64,000 bases of DNA, taken from positions 8,572 through 72,571 of the forward strand of contig MHRT01000006.1 in assembly GCA_001821055.1 (NCBI GenBank), read 5' to 3'. Positions 46,929 to 55,611 of this stretch are shown in pieces. The position numbers were made by a program, and so were the translations under genes. The notes below the pieces were generated by a model. That model made no database searches. It saw nothing but the letters and a program-made list of their open reading frames with translations, and was not told where the DNA came from. Positions within the stretch are counted from its first letter, which is position 1, and the number at the start of each line of letters is the position of its first letter. This DNA comes from Candidatus Taylorbacteria bacterium RIFCSPHIGHO2_12_FULL_45_16. GTDB lineage: Bacteria; Patescibacteriota; Minisyncoccia; Phycocordibacterales; PALSA-1337.

Positions 46929-48227
46929 CTACTGTAAAGCTTCTCTCAACAATATATCATACTGCTCCCCCGCGCTCTGGATGGCTTGATACGACGACTT
47001 GGACCCACTAGTGATGTCTTGAATCATCGTACCAAAGAGATCCCGAGACTTTTGCGGATCAGCATCCAGCCAGGTCTTGGAAATCAGGGCTGTTTCATTG
47101 AATACGGAAATGTATGGATCGCTGGAACCTTGGGCAATAACATCGCGACGGACCGTCGGCAAATACAACGTAAGATTTAGTTCGGAAATATTGGCCGGAT
47201 CGGTCAAGATGGAGATAACTTGGAAGACCGCGTCGGCATAAGGCGAAGTACGAACAATGGAAAAACCATTCATTTTGGCGTAAGTGGCTTTGGTTCCACC
47301 GGATCGCAACTGCGGCAAAGGCGCAACATCAAAATTGATGTTAGCATTCTTGGCGCGAATATCCTTGAGCTCGGAAGAAAAACCAAAATAGGTCGCCAGA
47401 CTTCCGGACAAAAAGGCGGATTTTGAAGCCGGCATTCCCCTGTTCCATGAATAGTTGGGGCTGGCGGGATCAACAAATTTGATGAAAAAGGTAACGGCCG
47501 GCGTTGGATCTGGTGAAAATGACGGCTTCAGAGTGCTTTGAATAAAACCATCATTGTCCGTCCTGGTTATAGGATTCCCAGCCTGCATAATCAATGAGGC
47601 AAGAATCTCGCGCGCATTGCCAACGTTGGTGAAATCGCCAAGCGCGATGGCAGACTTGCGAATATTACCGTTCTGGTCTTTGGAGGTTAGTTTGGCATTG
47701 AGTGAAGTGAATTCATCCCAGAATTTCGGATACGTAGCCAAGCCGGCAGCATTGAAGATGTCACGATTCCAGTACATAACAAGCGGATCAACCGTAAATG
47801 GGATGGCGATTAGACCGTTGGAATTTAGATAGATTACACCCTCTTCAATAAAATTGTCCATGAATGTCCTCTGCGACAAGGCACTAAATGGTATGGCCAC
47901 GAGCTTGTCGTAGTGCGGCAAGAGCATGTCAGCTGGTATCAATATACCATCGGGCCCGGTACCCCGCGCCAGCGCGGCGATAAATTCTTGTGAGAATGTG
48001 GCGGAGTTTTTTTGGACATAATTGACCACAATCGGTTGTGACAAATTTGTATTTACTTTGGCAACATAGGAGTTGAACGTATCCGCCGAAAATGTCCCCC
48101 AAAAAGTCACCGGCGGTATAGTAGTACTCGAACTACTTCCTTTATAAAGAGCAAACGCAGCTACTCCGCCGACAAGAAAAATAAGAAAGATGGCGATCGT
48201 GATGATTTGAAATTTAGTTATTTTCAT
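46929..48227 (-). CDS. ABC transporter substrate-binding protein, family 1 (sugar-type), TM-anchored, orphan
   Basis: N-terminal TM, VTFWGTF family-1 start motif, ~430 aa; no cognate permease/ATPase nearby. Confidence 0.7.
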   Translation of the reverse strand: MKITKFQIITIAIFLIFLVGGVAAFALYKGSSSSTTIPPVTFWGTFSADTFNSYVAKVNTNLSQPIVVNYVQKNSATFSQEFIAALARGTGPDGILIPADMLLPHYDKLVAIPFSALSQRTFMDNFIEEGVIYLNSNGLIAIPFTVDPLVMYWNRDIFNAAGLATYPKFWDEFTSLNAKLTSKDQNGNIRKSAIALGDFTNVGNAREILASLIMQAGNPITRTDNDGFIQSTLKPSFSPDPTPAVTFFIKFVDPASPNYSWNRGMPASKSAFLSGSLATYFGFSSELKDIRAKNANINFDVAPLPQLRSGGTKATYAKMNGFSIVRTSPYADAVFQVISILTDPANISELNLTLYLPTVRRDVIAQGSSDPYISVFNETALISKTWLDADPQKSRDLFGTMIQDITSGSKSSYQAIQSAGEQYDILLREALQ

Positions 48228-48237
48228 AAGTGTATAA

Positions 48238-48753
48238 TTAACGCCTAAAAATCAACCCATAATGATGATCGCCGGCGTTAAATGAATTCTCCAGTTTGAA
48301 ACCGTTTTTTTCAAAAAGCATTTGTGCTTTCATGGCCGGCACGATGACTTTTGGACTCAAGGGAGTGATACCGCTCCAATCAATCACCAGAACTTTACCC
48401 TCGAGTCTGAGAATGCGCTTAATTTCAAGACAAAAATCGTCCGGCTTCTCTACCTGAAACAATACATTGGAGGCAACCACGCAATCTGCGATACCTTCGC
48501 GAAGCTTTGTGCCGCCGATCTTTTCGACATTCCCCCAGACGACCTCAATATTGTGCACACCCTGCGCAGTAGCCATAGAACGTAGTCGCTCCAGAAGATT
48601 TTTTTGAACATCAACAGCATATACCCTGCCGCTCGAACCGACTTTCTTGGCGGCTTCAAGGCTATAAAAACCGGAACCAGCCCCCAAGTCAACAACTTTC
48701 TGGCCTTCAGTAAGACCTAATTTAGCAAGATTTGAGACAGGGTCTGAAAACAT
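48238..48753 (-). CDS. Class I SAM-dependent methyltransferase
   Basis: Motif I VVDLGAGSGFYS, motif post-I AVDV, small Rossmann MTase size. Confidence 0.75.
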   Translation of the reverse strand: MFSDPVSNLAKLGLTEGQKVVDLGAGSGFYSLEAAKKVGSSGRVYAVDVQKNLLERLRSMATAQGVHNIEVVWGNVEKIGGTKLREGIADCVVASNVLFQVEKPDDFCLEIKRILRLEGKVLVIDWSGITPLSPKVIVPAMKAQMLFEKNGFKLENSFNAGDHHYGLIFRR

Positions 48754-48849
48754 AGGTTAATTATAGCGCATTTGCCAACAAGCATAAAAGAGTCTGGGGA
48801 CAAGAGAAATTTGGCAGTTTGTCACACTCTATGAGGTACGGATCAATTG

Positions 48850-48936
48850 CGGAGGGTAAGGGATTCGAACCCTTGATGAGGTTTCCCCCATACCACCTTT
48901 CCAAGGTGGCGCACTCGACCACTATGCGAACCCTCC
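48850..48936 (-). tRNA. tRNA-Ser (anticodon GGA)
   Basis: Reverse strand GGAGGGU acceptor, long variable arm, anticodon loop UUGGAAA, T-arm AGGG-UUCGAAU-CCCU. Confidence 0.8.
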
Positions 48937-48994
48937 TTACTTGTAACTTGTGACTGGTTACTAGTGACCAGTTACAAGTTCACCAGTTATTAGC

Positions 48995-49906
48995 TCACCA
49001 TCTTCCGCTCGCTCCGCCACCACCGGACATCCCACCACCAAAACCGCCGAAGCTACCACCTCCCGACCCACCATGACCGCCACCGAAAAATATCGGCCAA
49101 AAACCGCCATGATCTTTTCCATCTGATGGTCGTTTGGAGACAATAAAATCAAAGATAAGACCAAGGATGGTTAGGATTACAATCGCACCGATACCGATAA
49201 ACACAAATCCCCAAATCAAGCCTACCACGGCGCCGATAATCGCTCCAACAACCCCACCAAGCCACCATGATTTGGTTTTGCCAAAAATTCGCGCGAACAT
49301 ATTTAGGATGATGATTACAAAAAAGAAGAGGGCGGCGAAATCGACATCCGTATTTGAGTTTGCTGGATTTCGAATGGATAAATCGGCAACTGAATACTGC
49401 GCCGCTTCCGGAGAATTTTTGATGATAGCTCCCAAAGCATCAACCGTCCCAGAGATACCCAACGCGTATTTTCCCTCCCTGAAGGCCGGCGTCATTACCG
49501 TGCGGATAATATTACTAGATTGGATGTCCGTGACTGGACCCTCCAGACCATATCCAACCTCAAGACGCATTTGTCGATCATCAATCGCTACGAGAATAAG
49601 TAGACCCCTATCTTTTGCCCTATCACCCACGCCCCACTCCGCAAAAAGTTTCGTGGCATAGCTTTCAATCGTCTCATCGCCAAGCGATTGGATAATAACT
49701 GCAGAAATTTCCACGCGGGTTTCTTTTTTTAGATTGAGAAGCTTTGTTTCAATGTCTTGTCTTTCTTGCAGGCTTAAAATACCCGCGAAATCATTCACGA
49801 AGCCGGTTGGTCTGCCGGGACTTGTATAAGCAAAAACAGAGCTAAGAGACAGGAGGCAGAAGGTAAAAACGAACAAACCAGTAAGGATCGGTGTAAACTT
49901 CTTCAT
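48995..49906 (-). CDS. TPM domain-containing protein (YgcG-like) with C-terminal TM and Gly-rich tail
   Basis: FVNDFAGILSLQERQDIETKL...RGLLILVAIDDRQMRLEVGYGLEG TPM signature. Confidence 0.75.
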   Translation of the reverse strand: MKKFTPILTGLFVFTFCLLSLSSVFAYTSPGRPTGFVNDFAGILSLQERQDIETKLLNLKKETRVEISAVIIQSLGDETIESYATKLFAEWGVGDRAKDRGLLILVAIDDRQMRLEVGYGLEGPVTDIQSSNIIRTVMTPAFREGKYALGISGTVDALGAIIKNSPEAAQYSVADLSIRNPANSNTDVDFAALFFFVIIILNMFARIFGKTKSWWLGGVVGAIIGAVVGLIWGFVFIGIGAIVILTILGLIFDFIVSKRPSDGKDHGGFWPIFFGGGHGGSGGGSFGGFGGGMSGGGGASGRW

Positions 49907-49929
49907 CGAGATATATGTCGGCGAACAGA

Positions 49930-50487
49930 TTATTGCAGATCGACTTTTGGAGCCGTCTCGGCGCCGGCCTGCGCTTCAAAATATTCCATCTTCTCAAAAC
50001 CAAAGAGCGATGCCACTATGGCGCGAGGGAAGCGTTGAATGGCGACCTGGTATATTTTGATTGTGTCGTTGAATCGACCACGCTCTGTACTGATGCGATT
50101 TTCCGTACCTTCGAGCTGGGTCATGAGATCGCGCACATTCTCGGAGGATTTCAGCGTTGGGTAATTTTCAATAACGGCCAAAAGGCGTCCAAGCGATGTC
50201 TCCAGCTGTCCAGCGGCAAGCGCTTTGTCGGGCACGGTTTGCGCGCCGGCGTATCTGGTGCGAGCATCGGCAAGAGCCGTGAAGATAGTCTGCTCTTGAG
50301 TCAGAATACCTTTGACGGATTCGACGAGATTTGGAATCAAATCAAAGCGACGCTGATATGAGGTTTCCACCTGTTGCCATTGAGCCGTCGCGTTTTCGCG
50401 TAGAGTCACCAAACCGTTGTACGATGACCAAAAGTATAGAACTATTGCGATGATAACAATGCCTATAATGATTAAAGGTTTTTTCAT
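49930..50487 (-). CDS. lemA: LemA family protein
   Basis: N-terminal TM then NGLVTLRENATAQWQQVETSYQRRFDLIPNLVE LemA signature; canonical LemA-TPM pair. Confidence 0.8.
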   Translation of the reverse strand: MKKPLIIIGIVIIAIVLYFWSSYNGLVTLRENATAQWQQVETSYQRRFDLIPNLVESVKGILTQEQTIFTALADARTRYAGAQTVPDKALAAGQLETSLGRLLAVIENYPTLKSSENVRDLMTQLEGTENRISTERGRFNDTIKIYQVAIQRFPRAIVASLFGFEKMEYFEAQAGAETAPKVDLQ

Positions 50488-50522
50488 TTTTGAATTTGTA
50501 GGATTTAGGACTCAATGTCTAA

Positions 50523-51206
50523 TTACTTCGGTGCCTTAGTCTCGTCAATTCCTTGAGGTATCGCGACGAACCCGAATGATTTGACCATATCAGTAAAGGC
50601 AACATCGGCGGAATTTATAAGGGCCTTGTTATTATTTTGCGCTTGGGTGATGTTTGACCCCGTCAAACCTTTGGTTGCCGGATCAAGCGTGATTGATGAC
50701 AAGGCGAACATATAACAAATACTGTCTTTTTGGAGGGAATACATGCGATTGAAGTATCCTCGTCCTTGAACGGTATTGGACATGGAGATAGTGTTGAGTG
50801 TTTGCGAACCGACTTTGAGAGTGCCGCGATCTTTGACGGTTGTTACTGGCGGAAATGCACACTTACCGGAAATCACATTGACATCCACCTGTAGTTTTGC
50901 CACTGTTGAAACTTGGGCTTTGTCTATCGGTATTATGAACGAAACACTCATGCTATTTTCGGTCTTTTCCCACACGGTCGGATACTTGACCGAAAAACCC
51001 AGTTCGGCATTGTGGTATTCCGATGTTTGACTTGAGACTTTTGTAGTTCCACTGACTGGAGCCGACGGTGACACGGTGCCACCAGTTGTCGTGGTTGTCG
51101 AAATGCCTGTGGTTGAGGTACTCTGATCTGACGGGGCTCCACCATAAATAACTATGAGCACGATTGCTATAATAATAAGAACGATTGCGACTATGGATTT
51201 TTTCAT
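50523..51206 (-). CDS. Hypothetical membrane-anchored protein with Ser/Thr-rich linker
   Basis: MKKSIVAIVLIIIAIVLIVIY anchor, TTTTTGGT linker, ~150 aa globular domain. Confidence 0.45.
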   Translation of the reverse strand: MKKSIVAIVLIIIAIVLIVIYGGAPSDQSTSTTGISTTTTTGGTVSPSAPVSGTTKVSSQTSEYHNAELGFSVKYPTVWEKTENSMSVSFIIPIDKAQVSTVAKLQVDVNVISGKCAFPPVTTVKDRGTLKVGSQTLNTISMSNTVQGRGYFNRMYSLQKDSICYMFALSSITLDPATKGLTGSNITQAQNNNKALINSADVAFTDMVKSFGFVAIPQGIDETKAPK

Positions 51207-51278
51207 ATAATATTTAATTAGTTGTTAATTTTTGCCTAGTGCCTAGCCTAGTAAAAAACATTGTAACACATAATGGGA

Positions 51279-52928
51279 TTAGTATCCCATGCCGGCCATG
51301 CCAGGATTCGCCGGCGCGTCTTTCTTTTCTTCAGGGTCGTCGGCAACAGCCGCTTCAGTCGTGAGAAGTATTGCCGCGGCTGAACAGGCGTTTTCTACGC
51401 CCAAACGAGTTACTTTGACCGGATCGACTATGCCCGCGACTATCATGTCAATGACCATTTCGTCTTTGAGCGCATCATAGCCAAGATTCCCCTTTCCGTT
51501 TTTTATCTTGTCCACGATAACCGAACCGTCTTCCTTACCGGTATTGATGACGATCTGTCGAAGCGGCGATTCAAGCGCTTTGATGACGATATCCGTACCG
51601 AGAATTATTTCCGGGGAAAGAGTGTCCTTGTGATTCTTGAGCCATTCAGCAAGCTTGGTGGCGACTTTGACCAAAGCCACCCCGCCGCCGGCTACGATGC
51701 CTTCTTCGATGGCCGCTTTGGTAGCATTGACGGCATCTTCTATCTTTAATTTCAGATATTTCATTTCTGTCTCCGTAGCCGCGCCGACGCGGATGACTGC
51801 CACGCCACCAGAAAGTTTGGCGATGCGTTCTTCTATTTTTTCTTTGTCATATTTTGAATCGGTGTTTTCGCGCTGTTTCTTGAGTTGGACGACGCGGGCT
51901 TCAATATCGGACTTTTTGCCTTTACCGCCGACAATAACGGTATTATCCTTGGTTGAAATAACTTTGCGGGCCTTACCAAGCATCGAGAGGGCAACTTTTT
52001 CAAATTTGATGCCGACTTCTTCGGTCACGACGGTCGCGCCGACGGTCACAGCGATATCTTCAAGTATGGCTTTCTTGGTATCACCATACCCTGGAGCTTT
52101 GATGGCAAGCACATTGAACACGCCTCGCAGTTTATTGACTACAAATGTCGCCAACGCCTCGCCGTCAACATCTTCGGCAATTATGACTAACTCCTTTTTG
52201 CCGGATTGCGCCAGCTGTTCAAGCAACGGCAAAATCTCTTTGACAGAGGAAATCTTTTTGTCAGTTATGAGAATGGCGGGATCTTTGACTTCAGCCTCCA
52301 TGCGTTCCGGATTGGTGACCATATATGCGGAAATGTAACCTTTGTCAAATTGAATGCCTTCAACTATTTCCGGATCCTCCAGAGTCGTCGATTGCGACTC
52401 TTCAACCGTCACCACGCCGTCTTTGCCGACTTTTCTGATCGTATCTGCAATTATTTTACCCAGTTCAGATGATTCGGCTGAAATCGTAGCCACTTGATGA
52501 ATCTCTTCGTCTGATTTGATTGGTTTGGCCAGTTTTTTGAGCTCCTGTAATACATACTTGGAGGCAGTTTCAATACCAAATCTGATACCCATAGCACTGA
52601 CGCCCATAGTCGTATGCTTCATACCTTCGGAGACAATCGCTTGCGTAAGAATGGCGGCCGTTGTGGTTCCGTCTCCGGCCATATCATTTGTTTTACCGGC
52701 AACTTCTTTGATGATTTCGGCGCCCATATTCTCAAACCTGTCTTTGAGCGTGATCTCCTTCGCTATCGAAACACCGTCATTGGTAATAGTTGGACTGCCA
52801 TAGCCTTTGTCCAAGACGATGTTCCGACCGCGTGGACCAATCGTGATTTTAACTGCATCTGCCACGGCGTCAACTCCGCGTCTCAGAGCTTTTCGAGCTT
52901 CTTCGTTGTAGAGAATTCGTTTAGACAT
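51279..52928 (-). CDS. groEL: Chaperonin GroEL
   Basis: AAVEEGIVAGGGVALV and equatorial ATP-binding motifs; 549 aa. Confidence 0.95.
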   Translation of the reverse strand: MSKRILYNEEARKALRRGVDAVADAVKITIGPRGRNIVLDKGYGSPTITNDGVSIAKEITLKDRFENMGAEIIKEVAGKTNDMAGDGTTTAAILTQAIVSEGMKHTTMGVSAMGIRFGIETASKYVLQELKKLAKPIKSDEEIHQVATISAESSELGKIIADTIRKVGKDGVVTVEESQSTTLEDPEIVEGIQFDKGYISAYMVTNPERMEAEVKDPAILITDKKISSVKEILPLLEQLAQSGKKELVIIAEDVDGEALATFVVNKLRGVFNVLAIKAPGYGDTKKAILEDIAVTVGATVVTEEVGIKFEKVALSMLGKARKVISTKDNTVIVGGKGKKSDIEARVVQLKKQRENTDSKYDKEKIEERIAKLSGGVAVIRVGAATETEMKYLKLKIEDAVNATKAAIEEGIVAGGGVALVKVATKLAEWLKNHKDTLSPEIILGTDIVIKALESPLRQIVINTGKEDGSVIVDKIKNGKGNLGYDALKDEMVIDMIVAGIVDPVKVTRLGVENACSAAAILLTTEAAVADDPEEKKDAPANPGMAGMGY

Positions 52929-53015
52929 ATTGTATAGAGATTATTAATGAATAATTAGAAGAATCGCAAATATCGCTTGTTCTTTTCTAGTCACTAATTA
53001 CTGATTATTAGTTAA

Positions 53016-53321
53016 TTATTTTATAATCGCCAATATCTCACTTTCCTTGACCAAATAATACTCCTCGCCATCCACACTAATTCTGTCGCCCCACTGGAAA
53101 ATGACCTTGTTGCCGACTTTGACAACCGGCATGATTGTTTTGCCATCTTCCGTTCTACCTGGACCGACCGCCATGACTTCCCCACGCTTGCCGTTTTTTT
53201 CTTCGTCAACTGTAATGGGAATAATGATTCCCGACGAGGTCTGCTTTTCCTTCTCATCGACATGTTCACGGATCAGCACACGGTCCTGAAGCGGTTTTAT
53301 CTTTTTTGAGATGTCTTTCAT
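53016..53321 (-). CDS. groES: Co-chaperonin GroES
   Basis: IKPLQDRVLI..., mobile loop, 101 aa directly upstream of groEL. Confidence 0.9.
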   Translation of the reverse strand: MKDISKKIKPLQDRVLIREHVDEKEKQTSSGIIIPITVDEEKNGKRGEVMAVGPGRTEDGKTIMPVVKVGNKVIFQWGDRISVDGEEYYLVKESEILAIIK

Positions 53322-53524
53322 GTTTGATTTATGGCTTGAATTAGGTTGGTAAAATGAACTGATAAATCGATCCCCCGTCTAAAAATGCCTTGTAAAAGGC
53401 AGTGGTAATATGTAGCTATTATATACATGTTGGGATTGAACGCAACTTGACAATAATCTATTTTTATACTTATATACTTTTCAAAATTTGCAAACCACGA
53501 CCCCCTATGCTACGATAATAACCA

Positions 53525-53746
53525 ATGAAGTCTCTCCTCCCCTATATCCAGCTTATTCTGTCGGTACTTTTAATTGCGACAATCCTCGTGCAGCGCACCG
53601 GTGCTCAGGTAGGCGGCGCTTTTGGCGGATCGGATAACTTCAGCTCGGCATTCCATACGCGTCGCGGATTTGAGAAAATCCTCTTCATCGTAACGATCAT
53701 CATCAGCGTGCTGTTCGCGGTCTCGGCCTTACTTAATCTTATCTAA
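53525..53746 (+). CDS. secG: Preprotein translocase subunit SecG
   Basis: Two TM helices with Gly-rich loop GAQVGGAFGGSDNFSSAFHTRRGFEK typical of SecG. Confidence 0.7.
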   Translation: MKSLLPYIQLILSVLLIATILVQRTGAQVGGAFGGSDNFSSAFHTRRGFEKILFIVTIIISVLFAVSALLNLI

Positions 53747-53859
53747 ATAAACGACACGAGTTACATGAACATCACGGATGGGCACATTTCATCCTGAATA
53801 TTCAACCGATAAATTCATAGTATCCATAGATTCATACTTACAGTTTTCTTTCCAGTATC

Positions 53860-55608
53860 GTGACTAACCTACCCCAACAAGAACTCCGTCTCAAACACGG
53901 AATCACCATATTAAATTATCTACGACGCTTCTCGGCAACCGAGAAAGTCATATTCGGCGCGTTTGTCATAGTGGCATGCGTAACCACTATTGTTATGCTC
54001 GCCCGATTGAATGAGCAGTTCACTATTGAAATCCCAGCCTATGGCGGTATACTCCACGAAGGAATCATCGGTCTGCCACGCAGTGTCAATCCCGTGCTGG
54101 CTTTAAGCGATGTTGACCGCGATATCGGAGCGCTCGTGTACGCGGGATTGACAAAATACGACGACGGAAAAATCGTAACCGATCTGGCCCAATCATACTC
54201 CATATCAAAAGATGGCCTGACATATACATTCAAACTCAAACCAAATCTAAGATTTCAAGACGGTAACACGCTTACCACGGAAGACATAGCATTCACCATA
54301 CAAAAAATCCAAGATCCGGCCATAAAAAGCCCGCGGCGCGTTGATTGGACAGATGTGACAGTCAAAGTTATCTCCCCGATTGAGATAAGTTTCATCCTCA
54401 AGCAGGCATACAGTCCATTTTTGACCAACACGACTATCGGTATAATTCCAAAACATGTCTGGAGTTCCGTCAGTGACGACCAATTCATTTTCAGCCAATA
54501 CAATATAGAGCCGATCGGATCAGGACCATATCGTTTTTCATCAATCGCTCGCGACAACGACGGCATACCGACACACTACACACTCGTGTCATCAAGTGAA
54601 TATTATGACAAGAGACCTTATATACCAACCATTGTTTTTATTTTCTTTCCAGACGAAGAGGGCGCTCTGGTCGCACTTGACCAAGGTTCAATAGACAGTA
54701 TAAGCGGCCTGTCTCCACGGGCCGGACAAATGATTGCCTCAGATCTGGCCCAAGCCTACACTGTGCTTGATACCTCATTGCCTCGCATATTCAGTGTTTT
54801 TCTAAACCAAGATCAAGCCCCGATATTCGGTGACAAAATCGTTCGCCAGGCACTCAATATGTCAATTGATCGAGACAAACTCGTCAATATCGTATTAAAG
54901 GGCTACGGAACTCCGCTTCAAGGCCCTGTCCCCTTTGTCTCTTCATCAATAACTTCAATCCAAACTCTTGGCAGTACGACGCCGATCGAAGCGGCCCGAA
55001 TGCTTCTGGAGAAAAATGGCTGGAAGAATGTCGGTGGTGTATATAGCAAAAAAAACACCAAAACCGGCACTACCACATTGGCTTTTGATATATACACGGT
55101 AGATTCTCCTGATCTCAAAGAAACAGCGGAACTTGTCAAAAATACTTGGGTGGAACTCGGAGCGAATGTCACGGTTAAAGTCTATGAGGGCACTGATTTT
55201 TATCAAAATATCATCCGCACCCGCAAATACGACGCACTTTTGTTTGGGGAGGCTATCGGCAAAGATCGTGATCTTTACGCGTTTTGGCATTCATCACAAC
55301 GCAAGTCGCCAGGATTGAATGTGGCAATGTACGCCAATGGAAAAGTCGACACGTTACTTGACAGCATACGCACGACTAGCGACGACGAAACAAAAGATGC
55401 CAAATACATCCAATTCGATCAGCTGATTCGTTCCGACATTCCGGCTATCTTTCTGTATACTCCGGATTTCATTTATGCCGTGTCGAAATCGCTCAAAAAC
55501 ATCAACATTGATTCAATGACGGTTCCGGCCGATCGATGGAGCGAGATAACACGCTGGTATATAGAGACTGAAAAAGTATGGGACATAAAACTATTTACTA
55601 AAAAATAA
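53860..55608 (+). CDS. ABC transporter substrate-binding protein, family 5 (peptide/nickel-type), TM-anchored, orphan
   Basis: N-terminal TM, ~580 aa, family-5 SBP pattern (GGILHEGIIG...LTKYDDGKIVTDLAQS); no adjacent permeases. Confidence 0.75.
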   Translation: MTNLPQQELRLKHGITILNYLRRFSATEKVIFGAFVIVACVTTIVMLARLNEQFTIEIPAYGGILHEGIIGLPRSVNPVLALSDVDRDIGALVYAGLTKYDDGKIVTDLAQSYSISKDGLTYTFKLKPNLRFQDGNTLTTEDIAFTIQKIQDPAIKSPRRVDWTDVTVKVISPIEISFILKQAYSPFLTNTTIGIIPKHVWSSVSDDQFIFSQYNIEPIGSGPYRFSSIARDNDGIPTHYTLVSSSEYYDKRPYIPTIVFIFFPDEEGALVALDQGSIDSISGLSPRAGQMIASDLAQAYTVLDTSLPRIFSVFLNQDQAPIFGDKIVRQALNMSIDRDKLVNIVLKGYGTPLQGPVPFVSSSITSIQTLGSTTPIEAARMLLEKNGWKNVGGVYSKKNTKTGTTTLAFDIYTVDSPDLKETAELVKNTWVELGANVTVKVYEGTDFYQNIIRTRKYDALLFGEAIGKDRDLYAFWHSSQRKSPGLNVAMYANGKVDTLLDSIRTTSDDETKDAKYIQFDQLIRSDIPAIFLYTPDFIYAVSKSLKNINIDSMTVPADRWSEITRWYIETEKVWDIKLFTKK

Positions 55609-55611
55609 ATC

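Noticed and set aside
49134-49661. 175-aa + strand ORF
   Set aside because: Antisense to the TPM-domain gene.
51637-52338. 233-aa + strand ORF
   Set aside because: Antisense to groEL; Ser/Thr/Ala-rich translation typical of reverse frame of a conserved gene.
53322-53524. CIRCE (HrcA) operator upstream of groES
   Set aside because: Looked for TTAGCACTC-N9-GAGTGCTAA; no match, only AT-rich promoter-like sequence.
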